The position numbers and the translations under genes were made by a program. A stretch of 55,851 nt of DNA. It comes from a virus (Duplodnaviria; Caudoviricetes). Each line of letters starts with the position of its first letter. Within the stretch, counting starts at the first letter, position 1. This document shows positions 9,999-18,319 of the stretch, one piece after another. The notes beneath the pieces were generated by a model. It made no database searches and had not been told where the DNA came from. It saw nothing but the letters and a program-made list of their open reading frames with translations. The stretch spans positions 1 through 55,851 of the IMG/VR virus record IMGVR_UViG_3300020473_000001. One strand, written 5' to 3'.

Positions 9999-12263
9999 TT
10001 ATTTTCCAAATTCCTTAAAACCTATATCACGCATTATACGCTCGGCCTCACTTATGTACCAGTCAAAGTCAAGGTTACGAGGGATCACTCCGTCCATTTC
10101 CATAAGGGGGTGCGCCCCGTCAGACTTTGGAACTGTACTGCCTTTATTGGCGTACATAATGCGATAACGATGGTGCTCAGGTACTTTTGCATAATACCAG
10201 CGCACCGCCTTACCTAAAAATTCATGGTAGTAAGGCATATATTTGGACATATTAAATGCGTTATCGGTATTTGTAGCCATGCGGTCAACTTCTTTGCCCT
10301 CGTCAATCCAAGCCTGCTGAACCCACATGTGGTCATGATAATAGTTAACCCAACCTGTATCTTTAAGGTGCTGTCGCTTTTGCTCAAGTGTAAGGTCGCG
10401 CAAATTCTCAGGAACGTAATACTTGCAGAATACACCGCCCCCGTTAACGTTACGCACTGTGATGAACTTTTGCATGTCCGTACACTTGCGAACAGTTTCT
10501 TCAATGGGTGTGCCATCACTTAAATAGTTTTTAACCGCCTCCGAGCATATTGTGGCGGCGGGGTTCTTTTTAAGTCCAGGGTCTGCATACAGTCCTTTAC
10601 CCTTTACCTTACCGTTGGTTCCGATGCCTATATAGTTGTTAACGTCCTTACTTGCGAGCAGCTTGTACGGGCTGCACTCAAGCTCAAAGTTTGTTACTTG
10701 CTGCCACCACTCGACAATCTGCTCTTTCAGCTCGGTAAGCTCCTTCCGGTACTTAAGCACCACGCCGTCTGTATTAGCCGAAATGACCCTTATACCATTT
10801 AACTCCATGGTCTCGATTAGCAGTAGCAACGAAAGCTGACCTGTTAGCGTGGTTTGTATTAACAGGTTCGGCGAGTAGAATATTGAGTATTGGCTCCCAA
10901 GTTTACCGAACGTCCCGTTGATTACGATTTTAAGGCTGTCGGAGGTACGCTTGTTATCCTTGGCAAGCTGTTCGTATTTAGCCTTAAGTTCGAGGTCGTC
11001 GGTTTCATCCGCTAATTCCGAATACTTGGCGGCTGCGGCCTTGGCCTCCAAGCGGCGGAAAACAATACTGCGGAACACCTCCAAAAAGGCCCGACCAAGG
11101 TGGTCTGGGAAAAGTTCGTTGTTAAGGATAATAAACGGGTAATATGAGGTAACATCTTGCTCCTCAATACAGAAAATGTCATTAGCTTCGTGTTTGGTAC
11201 TTTTTTCCGTACTGTGCAACCCACCTATTCCCATCTTATATACACTGTCGCCAATGGTAATCTTAAGGTCTTTGAGTTGTGGTGGCAAACCTATTGAACC
11301 CTTTTCACTGACCACAAAAAGGGTATTCTTCACCATGTCCAGCACGCCGTTCATTAGCGGTGTTTGGTACTGTAAGAACTTAGGTGCGTAGAATCTGTAG
11401 GCGGTTCCAGGTTCAATGCTTGGGCGTTGTGGTGCATGGCCCAAAAGCTTTTCCAGCTCCTTACCTATAACGGCCTCGGCTATCTGCGCGTCCGATTTAC
11501 TACGCAAGTCTAACCCGTACTCAGCACCAAGTTCTTCACGTAGTAACAGGTCTTTTTCTAACAGCTTGAACAAAACCTTAGTATTATCCAAGTCATTAAT
11601 ACAGTAGAAGCGTGTTATAGCTATCTGGTTGTCGCTAAGGGTTACATCCGGATGGAATGGTAAATCTTGCATTTTCTGCACGCCAGCACGCCCGCCGTAC
11701 ATCTTAAGGCTACCGAACAGCGGTGCAACCTCCATGATGTCAATGTGGTCAGATTTAAGGGGTTTAATCTTGGCCTTTTTAAGAACTTGCCAAGGCTTCC
11801 AACCCTCGGCGATAATAGCATTGGTTGCGTTCTTTAAATCCTCAACGCTAAAGCCGTTAACCGATAGAGTTCCTATTGGCATATCGTAACCGTTTGAGTT
11901 AAAACCTACCACCTTGGCATTCTCAAGTACCCAACGCAGCTTTTCAGGCGGCTGGTTAAACGCGCCTTCACCAATACGCTCAAAGTAAATTACTTTCTCT
12001 GTCACAACGTCTTCAAAAGCTATAAGGTAATAATTCTTATAGCTCTCGATATCAAATACAAATGGGTGCTTGGCGTTTACTGCATATATAAGTTCGTCGT
12101 CCGACATCAGGTCGACATTAAATTCCAAAGCTTCGCGCAAATAGGGTAAGTAGGTGTTTAACTCCCAACTTCGTATCGCTGGCAAAAGGAACTTCTCATC
12201 CTCTTTTTCTTTCTTTATTTTTGGCATATCCTGCCAGAATAAACCTAAAGCATCAGCCCGCAT
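9999..12263 (-). CDS. DNA polymerase, family B-like, with 3'-5' exonuclease domain
   Basis: FDIE (ExoI), YCINDL (ExoIII), DVTSYYP (motif A), KIVINGTFGK (motif B), NTDG (motif C). Confidence 0.9.
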   Translation of the reverse strand: MRADALGLFWQDMPKIKKEKEDEKFLLPAIRSWELNTYLPYLREALEFNVDLMSDDELIYAVNAKHPFVFDIESYKNYYLIAFEDVVTEKVIYFERIGEGAFNQPPEKLRWVLENAKVVGFNSNGYDMPIGTLSVNGFSVEDLKNATNAIIAEGWKPWQVLKKAKIKPLKSDHIDIMEVAPLFGSLKMYGGRAGVQKMQDLPFHPDVTLSDNQIAITRFYCINDLDNTKVLFKLLEKDLLLREELGAEYGLDLRSKSDAQIAEAVIGKELEKLLGHAPQRPSIEPGTAYRFYAPKFLQYQTPLMNGVLDMVKNTLFVVSEKGSIGLPPQLKDLKITIGDSVYKMGIGGLHSTEKSTKHEANDIFCIEEQDVTSYYPFIILNNELFPDHLGRAFLEVFRSIVFRRLEAKAAAAKYSELADETDDLELKAKYEQLAKDNKRTSDSLKIVINGTFGKLGSQYSIFYSPNLLIQTTLTGQLSLLLLIETMELNGIRVISANTDGVVLKYRKELTELKEQIVEWWQQVTNFELECSPYKLLASKDVNNYIGIGTNGKVKGKGLYADPGLKKNPAATICSEAVKNYLSDGTPIEETVRKCTDMQKFITVRNVNGGGVFCKYYVPENLRDLTLEQKRQHLKDTGWVNYYHDHMWVQQAWIDEGKEVDRMATNTDNAFNMSKYMPYYHEFLGKAVRWYYAKVPEHHRYRIMYANKGSTVPKSDGAHPLMEMDGVIPRNLDFDWYISEAERIMRDIGFKEFGK

Positions 12264-13246
12264 TATTCCTCCCCTTCTAACCAGTGCAACCCAATAATAA
12301 CGCCCCGAATATTTTCACCCATCCACGGGCTCGGGTTTGGGTATGCTGTAAGGTCAAGTTTATCGGCTAAGCCTGAAAGCTTCTGTAACATTGGTAAGGT
12401 GAAGGTTGAACGGTTTTGTATATAGTCACACTCAAACGCTGCACCTTCCTCGTAGTCAATACTATGGGTGCGCATACGTCCAGGTTCGAATACAATGCGA
12501 TTATATTTGTCGGTGAAATCTTTTAACGTATCAAGCCCAGTAAAGAAGCTTTCTGGAATGGGTTGCACTGCGCTATAGTCAACATTGAACACCGGTGCAA
12601 TGTCGGGCCAAGGGTTTGCAATCAATGTGCAACGCAACCAACGCCCGTCACTATAATGCACCGTTAAACTACTATCGGCCATCTGGAAACGTTCAGGCGG
12701 TTCTTTAAGGCGAAGTATCTCCTTAATGGCTAAATGGGGTACGTTTACCTCCACAGGGAACGGGGAACCAAGCCAGTATTCAGCAAGGATTACGTTGTTG
12801 GTTGCGTATGCGGATTGACCACGAAACAGTATGCCGTTACTCCATGGCCTTGCGGCGTCCTGGCCCACTAAAGGCTCAAGCTTTTTAAGGGCTTCAATAA
12901 ATAGTTCGCCATCTATGTCCACGAACTTACCCTCAGGCTCAACATGGGCACTTACATCGTCTGTACAATCAATATAAGAGCGGAATTTGCCGCTTTTAAT
13001 ACTTAGGCGGTTGGTTTTGGTTAGGCCAAGCTGAACGGTTTCCTCACAACGGCTAATAGCCCGCACTAGCGGCGCGGCTTTAGGGTTAGCCTCAACGTTT
13101 AATTCTATGGGTGCTGATAGGGCAATACGCCCGTTGTAACCCTGTATGCGCCCGTTTTCAATGTGAAAGTGTGTAAGGGCTGGTACAAGGTCTTTTTTTG
13201 CCACTGCGCCCTGTACAAAGCGCAGCGTTTTAAGTACGTCTTTCAT
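12263..13246 (-). CDS. DNA polymerase III beta-clamp-like processivity factor
   Basis: 327 aa coupled to the polymerase; AVAKKDLVP.L..F and ATN motifs resemble DnaN-like phage proteins. Confidence 0.7.
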   Translation of the reverse strand: MKDVLKTLRFVQGAVAKKDLVPALTHFHIENGRIQGYNGRIALSAPIELNVEANPKAAPLVRAISRCEETVQLGLTKTNRLSIKSGKFRSYIDCTDDVSAHVEPEGKFVDIDGELFIEALKKLEPLVGQDAARPWSNGILFRGQSAYATNNVILAEYWLGSPFPVEVNVPHLAIKEILRLKEPPERFQMADSSLTVHYSDGRWLRCTLIANPWPDIAPVFNVDYSAVQPIPESFFTGLDTLKDFTDKYNRIVFEPGRMRTHSIDYEEGAAFECDYIQNRSTFTLPMLQKLSGLADKLDLTAYPNPSPWMGENIRGVIIGLHWLEGEE

Positions 13247-14190
13247 GTAAATAAACTCCGTGCTATATTAGCTTTATGGACAATATTCTTTGCGTTAATG
13301 TTGTCCTGGATTTTCATGTAAGCGAGTAGGTTATAGGCGGCACGGCTTTGGTATACCTCGCTTAACCGCTGAGGGTCGAACCCATCAGCCTTTAAGGTTT
13401 CCTCAATGCGTAAGCGCTCGGGTTCAGGTAGGTTAAAAAGGTGCTGATTTAGGTCGTGCAAACTCGGGCTTTTATCGGATATATTAATAGGCCCGAACTC
13501 AGGGTGTACTATTGCACCGAACGAGGTGGCTTGGATCCACGACGAGCTGTCGCAACTGTACCAAGGATATCGCTCCATAAGTGGTATTGAGGTAATACCG
13601 AAACCGTGTACTTTTATGCGCGGGTTGCCGCTACCATCGGTTAAGTAGTCGTTCCACATACGGTCGAGCCAGATTTCTAGCTGTTTAGTGCTAGCCCCTA
13701 CCATACCCCCTAACGTTATATAATCGTATCGCTGTATGTACCATTCCAGGTATCGTTCATCTTCGCCTGCGTGGAAACACGGTAACGGCCTAACACCTAG
13801 ACGCTCCATTTGCATTTGGTTCTCAAAAGTTTCCTGAGGGTCACCAATACCATCTAACACCGAAGCCATTAGGTTCCCGTCTTCGACCCGTATAATATCC
13901 TGGTTCCACTTAATATAATTGACATAATCTTCAACCTTAAGTTTAACCCCAAGCGTGTAGGATGAGAACGCACCGGAATCCAGGAATATTTTAGCATTAT
14001 TGGCCCGCATATAATCGACATATTTTTGTTTGCCAACATAGTGCCAGGATTCTAGTATGTTGTGGTTACGGAACCGTTTTTCCAGCTGCTTTTCATGCTC
14101 ATTGAACTGCGGGTAACGGTCACCACCTTCGATATATTGGTTAGTGTAAACCGCAGCAAGATATACTTGTATTGGGTTAGGTGCTGCCAT
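13243..14190 (-). CDS. dpdA: DpdA-like DNA transglycosylase (TGT family) inserting 7-deazaguanine into DNA
   Basis: FLDSGAFS, PCFH.GE, LGGMV, VHGFG, SCDSSSW motifs; next to the preQ0 genes and the replication genes. Confidence 0.8.
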   Translation of the reverse strand: MAAPNPIQVYLAAVYTNQYIEGGDRYPQFNEHEKQLEKRFRNHNILESWHYVGKQKYVDYMRANNAKIFLDSGAFSSYTLGVKLKVEDYVNYIKWNQDIIRVEDGNLMASVLDGIGDPQETFENQMQMERLGVRPLPCFHAGEDERYLEWYIQRYDYITLGGMVGASTKQLEIWLDRMWNDYLTDGSGNPRIKVHGFGITSIPLMERYPWYSCDSSSWIQATSFGAIVHPEFGPINISDKSPSLHDLNQHLFNLPEPERLRIEETLKADGFDPQRLSEVYQSRAAYNLLAYMKIQDNINAKNIVHKANIARSLFT

Positions 14191-14206
14191 TTTGCTCCAA
14201 AAAATA

Positions 14207-14247
14207 AAAAAAAGACCGTAAAGGTATACTACCTGAACGGCCTTTTA
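14207..14247 (-). terminator. Rho-independent terminator, overlapping a possible promoter for dpdA
   Basis: On the - strand: aaggccgttcaggta-gta-tacctttacggtctt then a T-run; TAGCAC-17-TAGTAT overlaps it. Confidence 0.55.
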
Positions 14248-14263
14248 AGTGCTAGATTAAGAA

Positions 14264-14599
14264 TTAGTTTAGTTTTTCATTAACCGCCTTAGTAACTAGG
14301 GCAATGCGGCGTTCGCAGACATTAATTAGTGTGTTAAGCGACACAGTTTCAATTCGCTTTTTACCCCACAATTCATTCATCATTTCAGTCTCATTGAGAA
14401 ATGTGTAGGTGTATTCGAACGACTCAGGTAATCTTCCTGCTTCGCAAAGCGTCTCGATCCACTCCCTTACATTTTTCATTCGTTCGTAGAGGCCGTTAGG
14501 ATTGAAATAATGAAAAGTTAGTTTTTGGCGGTTTGTCCAACTTTTGTAAGTTTTAGTTGCACGTTCCATTAGGTAAGTATGCTCTAGTTCGTTTGACAT
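14264..14599 (-). CDS. Hypothetical protein (moron-like, with its own promoter and terminator)
   Basis: 111 aa ORF inserted between folE and dpdA. Confidence 0.7.
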   Translation of the reverse strand: MSNELEHTYLMERATKTYKSWTNRQKLTFHYFNPNGLYERMKNVREWIETLCEAGRLPESFEYTYTFLNETEMMNELWGKKRIETVSLNTLINVCERRIALVTKAVNEKLN

Positions 14600-14635
14600 G
14601 GGTTAACCCTTAAAATGTGTTGCTTCAATATGTGT

Positions 14636-14663
14636 ATAGTACACGAACCATTCTAAGGGTCAA
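14636..14663 (-). promoter_or_regulatory. Sigma70-like promoter TTGACC-16-TACTAT
   Basis: Followed by ACACATA, similar to the other early promoters. Confidence 0.65.
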
Positions 14664-14675
14664 CCCTAATTTGAA

Positions 14676-15254
14676 CTATTTGCCTAAATTAAGAAATTCG
14701 GCACGGGTACGACCCTCATCTTTAATTGCACCCTTGAGCGCGGTGGTGACAGTGTGGTGACCCTGCTGGCAAATACCACGGCTTTCCATACACATATGAC
14801 GGGCTTTAATATGCACCCCAACGCCTATCGGGTCCAGGTGTTCTTGCAAAGAGTCTGCAATCTGGTTAGTTAACCGTTCCTGTACTTGTAGACGGCGGGC
14901 GTACATATCAACCAAGCGGCTAAGCTTAGACAGGCCCACAATCTTTCCGTTAGGTATATAAGCAACTGTCGCCGTACCAAAAATGTCAGCCATGTGGTGC
15001 TCACACTTGCTGTAGAAGGGAATATCCACCACTGCAATCATTTGGTCGTAGCCCTCAGCACCATCTTCAAAGGTTTTAAGGATGTCACCAGCGTCCATAT
15101 CGTAACCGCCGAACCAGTGCGCCATTGCCTTAGCTACACGATCTGGAGTTTCAACTAAACCTTCACGCAGTTCCCCATCATTAGGTTCAATTTCGTGTAG
15201 AATTTCACGCACCAAGAATGAGATTGGTTTTTTAGTAGTTGCTTTCGTGTCCAT
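14676..15254 (-). CDS. folE: GTP cyclohydrolase I
   Basis: GLVETPDRVAK, CEHH, GLSKL.R, RRLQVQERLT, HMCM..RG. Confidence 0.97.
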   Translation of the reverse strand: MDTKATTKKPISFLVREILHEIEPNDGELREGLVETPDRVAKAMAHWFGGYDMDAGDILKTFEDGAEGYDQMIAVVDIPFYSKCEHHMADIFGTATVAYIPNGKIVGLSKLSRLVDMYARRLQVQERLTNQIADSLQEHLDPIGVGVHIKARHMCMESRGICQQGHHTVTTALKGAIKDEGRTRAEFLNLGK

Positions 15255-15256
15255 TT

Positions 15257-15775
15257 TTAATCCTTAAAGTAGCTGACGCTACATTTACGAGTTTCTTCAA
15301 GTTCGACACCGTACAATTCAACGTCAGTGCCATCAAGCGCAATTGGGCCAACACATTCAACTAAGTGCCAAGCCATATTTTCGGCTGTTGGGTTGAATGG
15401 CAGTTCCACAAAGCTGTCAAGCGCATGGTTTGCATCCTGAATACCAGGAATTAACACTTCATCACCCATGTCAATATGCTCGCATTCAAATGCTTTGATA
15501 ACCGTACCAACAAGTTTATCTTGGTCCCAGTGTAGGAACTTATGATCCCAGTTTTCTTCCAGCCAGTTGCACAGCTTTTCCTTGACCACACTAAAGTCAA
15601 TAACGCGCCCTACACCGTCTAACTCATGTTCAGTTCTCTCCAAACCTTTACGAACTCGGACGTGAAAGTGTACGCGATAGTTATGCCCGTGCAAGTGGCG
15701 GCACTTGCTTTCGTGCCCAACTACACGATGACCAGCGCAAAAATCATGGTAACGAATAACCGTATGTTGGCCCAT
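15257..15775 (-). CDS. queD: 6-carboxy-5,6,7,8-tetrahydropterin synthase
   Basis: F.AGHR, C..LHGHNY, IDF, WDH, PTAEN, ET motifs. Confidence 0.93.
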   Translation of the reverse strand: MGQHTVIRYHDFCAGHRVVGHESKCRHLHGHNYRVHFHVRVRKGLERTEHELDGVGRVIDFSVVKEKLCNWLEENWDHKFLHWDQDKLVGTVIKAFECEHIDMGDEVLIPGIQDANHALDSFVELPFNPTAENMAWHLVECVGPIALDGTDVELYGVELEETRKCSVSYFKD

Positions 15776-15936
15776 TATTCGTCCTCCATTGGGTTTTCTT
15801 CACCGCTTAGAACCCATGACAGCGCATCGCGCACACCTTCTTCATAAGTCATTCCCGGATATTGGCTTCCACCTTCGTTTGCAACATCAGACGCTTTGTC
15901 CATTGTTTCAGTAATTTCAGACTCAGTAACCAGCAT
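15775..15936 (-). CDS. Small acidic hypothetical protein, 53 aa (not in the ORF track)
   Basis: MLVTESEITETMDKASDVANEGGSQYPGMTYEEGVRDALSWVLSGEENPMEDE; RBS aggagg; coupled at both ends. Confidence 0.7.
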   Translation of the reverse strand: MLVTESEITETMDKASDVANEGGSQYPGMTYEEGVRDALSWVLSGEENPMEDE

Positions 15937-16202
15937 TATAAATCCTCCTTTGTTATTTCAACTCGGTGCTTGTTAAACCACAAGCGAACCACAACTTTAT
16001 CACCACCAACTTCCTGCAGAACTTTCTTGGCAACGTCTTCCATAAACATATTCTTGAACGATGCACATTTTCGAATTTTACGGCGCACTTCGTACAGCTC
16101 CATAAAATCATTAGTATGTACTTCGATAAAGATTGGATCAGGTAAATTGTTAACCGGACAAAAAGTAATAATTGGAATCCAGTGGGTAATTACAGAACGC
16201 AT
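15936..16202 (-). CDS. Small T-fold QueF/QueF-L-like protein (putative preQ0 amidinotransferase)
   Basis: 88 aa from MRSV; CPVNNLPD matches the catalytic Cys-x6-Asp pattern; later FMEDVA Glu; lacks the QueF ExK(S/A)LKLY motif; RBS aggaa. Confidence 0.6.
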   Translation of the reverse strand: MRSVITHWIPIITFCPVNNLPDPIFIEVHTNDFMELYEVRRKIRKCASFKNMFMEDVAKKVLQEVGGDKVVVRLWFNKHRVEITKEDL

Positions 16203-16600
16203 ATAATACAAATTCCTATTGATAGTATTAAACCCCAGCACCAGGATTCGTTAAAAAACTCCCATTCATGGTGAGGGAAATTAAACATTAATTCAGTGTT
16301 AAATGGGTATAAGGGACGCGGAGCCCACTCGTTTCCATGTGTGGGAATGTCAACCACTATATGTAGAAGCCAACCCATAAAGATAGCTAAACCTATATCA
16401 AAGTTGAGCATTATTGCAAACCCACTGAACACCACGCACACTAGCAGGCTGTGCGTGTAGCGATACGCGGGGTTGGGGCGCTGCCTACGCCTTACCCCCA
16501 ACACTAAATCGGGCATAACCCCCGCTACAGCGCCCACAATTGGGTGACCGTACATGCTACCCGCCGCAGCACCTACAACCCCGTGAGTTACGATGTCCAT
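16190..16600 (-). CDS. YdjM/YbcI-like membrane metal-dependent hydrolase
   Basis: MD..TH, PDL, R.THSL, H...D motifs with TM segments. Confidence 0.75.
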   Translation of the reverse strand: MDIVTHGVVGAAAGSMYGHPIVGAVAGVMPDLVLGVRRRQRPNPAYRYTHSLLVCVVFSGFAIMLNFDIGLAIFMGWLLHIVVDIPTHGNEWAPRPLYPFNTELMFNFPHHEWEFFNESWCWGLILSIGICIICVL

Positions 16601-16764
16601 TCTTGCACCCATTCGATTTTGGGCAGGCTTGCACCCGTCTCACCTGTGCTCCAAACATAGCGGCCGACAAACTCTTTAACACGCATACGCAAAGTTCCTG
16701 AATGCGGGCTGTTAAGATTCATAAGCTTTTTATCATACGGCCCGCCAACACATTGCACCAACAT
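16588..16764 (-). CDS. Small hypothetical protein, 58 aa (not in the ORF track)
   Basis: MLVQCVGGPYDKKLMNL...WVQEWTS; RBS ggag; fills the gap after queC. Confidence 0.6.
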   Translation of the reverse strand: MLVQCVGGPYDKKLMNLNSPHSGTLRMRVKEFVGRYVWSTGETGASLPKIEWVQEWTS

Positions 16765-16765
16765 A

Positions 16766-17488
16766 TTAAGCTCCGTTATCTAAAAATTCTTGCCAACCCT
16801 TAGCGCGTAGCTCACACGCTGGGCACTCACCGCAACCGTAGCCCCATTCATTATAATAATCGGGGCCGTGCTTACCATTATAACAGGTATGAGTTTCATT
16901 CAGTACAATGTCTAAGAAATCATAGTCCTCAGCCATTTTGAAAGTTTGCGCTTTATCCAACCACATAAGAGGGGTTAGAATTGCAATGGTTGAGTTCGAA
17001 CCCAAATTAAGCGCGTCCTCCAATTTACGGATAAATACATCTCGACAATCAGGGTATCCACTGTAGTCGGTTTGGCACACACCAGTCATTAGATACGCCG
17101 CCCCAATTTTTTGGGCAAATGCGTGAGCCATAGTTAAAAAGAAAGCGTTCCGGTTTGGTACAAAACTAGCTGGTAGACCTTCCTTGTTAGTATGCCCTTC
17201 ACCAACATCTTGTTCACTGTTACACAGTAAAGCACTATCGCCAATTTGAATTAGGGCGTTAGTTTCAATGATGTGGTGTTCAACATTGTGCGCTTCACAT
17301 ATACTGGCGGCACTGTTTAATTCGACGCTGTGCTTTTGCCCGTAACTGAACGACACAGCTACAACCGTTTTAAAATGCTGCAAGGCCAAGCCAAGGCAAG
17401 TAACTGAATCTTGCCCGCCGGACAGCACTATCACGCAAGTGTGGTTACTGGCATCATCAGGGAGGTTTACTAATGGGTTAGGTTTCAT
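16766..17488 (-). CDS. queC: 7-cyano-7-deazaguanine synthase
   Basis: SGGQDS PP-loop, YGQKH, VPNRN, YPDCR, TCY.G...CGECPAC..R. Confidence 0.97.
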   Translation of the reverse strand: MKPNPLVNLPDDASNHTCVIVLSGGQDSVTCLGLALQHFKTVVAVSFSYGQKHSVELNSAASICEAHNVEHHIIETNALIQIGDSALLCNSEQDVGEGHTNKEGLPASFVPNRNAFFLTMAHAFAQKIGAAYLMTGVCQTDYSGYPDCRDVFIRKLEDALNLGSNSTIAILTPLMWLDKAQTFKMAEDYDFLDIVLNETHTCYNGKHGPDYYNEWGYGCGECPACELRAKGWQEFLDNGA

Positions 17489-17491
17489 GGT

Positions 17492-18193
17492 TTACTCCAT
17501 ATTAATGATTTTATGAACTTGCAGACATAGCGTGTAACCATGCAGCATACAAGAACGGATTGCGGCGTCAAGGTGTAAGTTATTAACCTCTTCGTCTTTG
17601 CTGTCCATAGGTTGGACATAAATTGGCCCAGTGTAATAACTAGGTGGTCTGGCAATTTTGCCAGCTTTTAAATCAAGTACACGCGAGGGTAAGCCGTCTT
17701 CAACGTCAATGTGTAGGTAACTGACCACATACTTAAACGCGGTTACATGCTCAGCCAATCCCTTATCCAACTTGCGGCTTTTTGGTGAGCAAATAATGTC
17801 AACGTTACCGTTACCCACGTACCAAGTGTCGAAAGTTGGTGGCAACGTGCCGTTAGTTTCAAATTGAATATGGAAATCTTGGCTTACCAAAAGCTCAACC
17901 AGTTCACCTAAGTGTTGGCGAAAAGGTTCACCCCCTGTAATCACAACAAGGTTAGTTGAACATTTCAACTCCTTAACCTTGTCAACTATATACTGAGGTT
18001 TGACTTTCTTTGCTCCCTGCGTGTATTCAGTGTCGCAAGCTGGGCAGGCAAGATTACAATGGGCTAGGCGAACGAAAATCGCTGGTCGCCCTGCGTGCGG
18101 CCCTTCACCTTGCATAGTAAGGAAGATTGAGTGTAGTTCGATAGTGCCGTCATAAATATGTGATTTATCGGGCGTTGGTCTTTGTAAGTTCAT
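17492..18193 (-). CDS. queE: 7-carboxy-7-deazaguanine synthase (radical SAM)
   Basis: IF.T.QGEG, CNLACPACDT, ITGGEP, ETNG, SPK, LQVHK; likely start MNLQRP. Confidence 0.95.
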   Translation of the reverse strand: MNLQRPTPDKSHIYDGTIELHSIFLTMQGEGPHAGRPAIFVRLAHCNLACPACDTEYTQGAKKVKPQYIVDKVKELKCSTNLVVITGGEPFRQHLGELVELLVSQDFHIQFETNGTLPPTFDTWYVGNGNVDIICSPKSRKLDKGLAEHVTAFKYVVSYLHIDVEDGLPSRVLDLKAGKIARPPSYYTGPIYVQPMDSKDEEVNNLHLDAAIRSCMLHGYTLCLQVHKIINME

Positions 18194-18319
18194 TTTAATC
18201 CCTTGGGTTAAAAATGCTGAAAGGGTGTAACAGCTTAATAAAAACCCCCGCCTAGGCAAAATGGGACTTCAGTACAAGGCGGGGGTGGAGCGGGGCATGG
18301 CAACCCCTAGCACACGGCT

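Noticed and set aside
9999-12263. Intein or intron in the polymerase
   Set aside because: The ORF is continuous, the insertions are short, and no intein or homing-endonuclease motifs are visible
13243-14190. tRNA-guanine transglycosylase for queuosine tRNA modification
   Set aside because: No queA/queG or tRNA genes seen, no C-terminal Zn motif of Tgt, and linkage to replication genes fits DpdA
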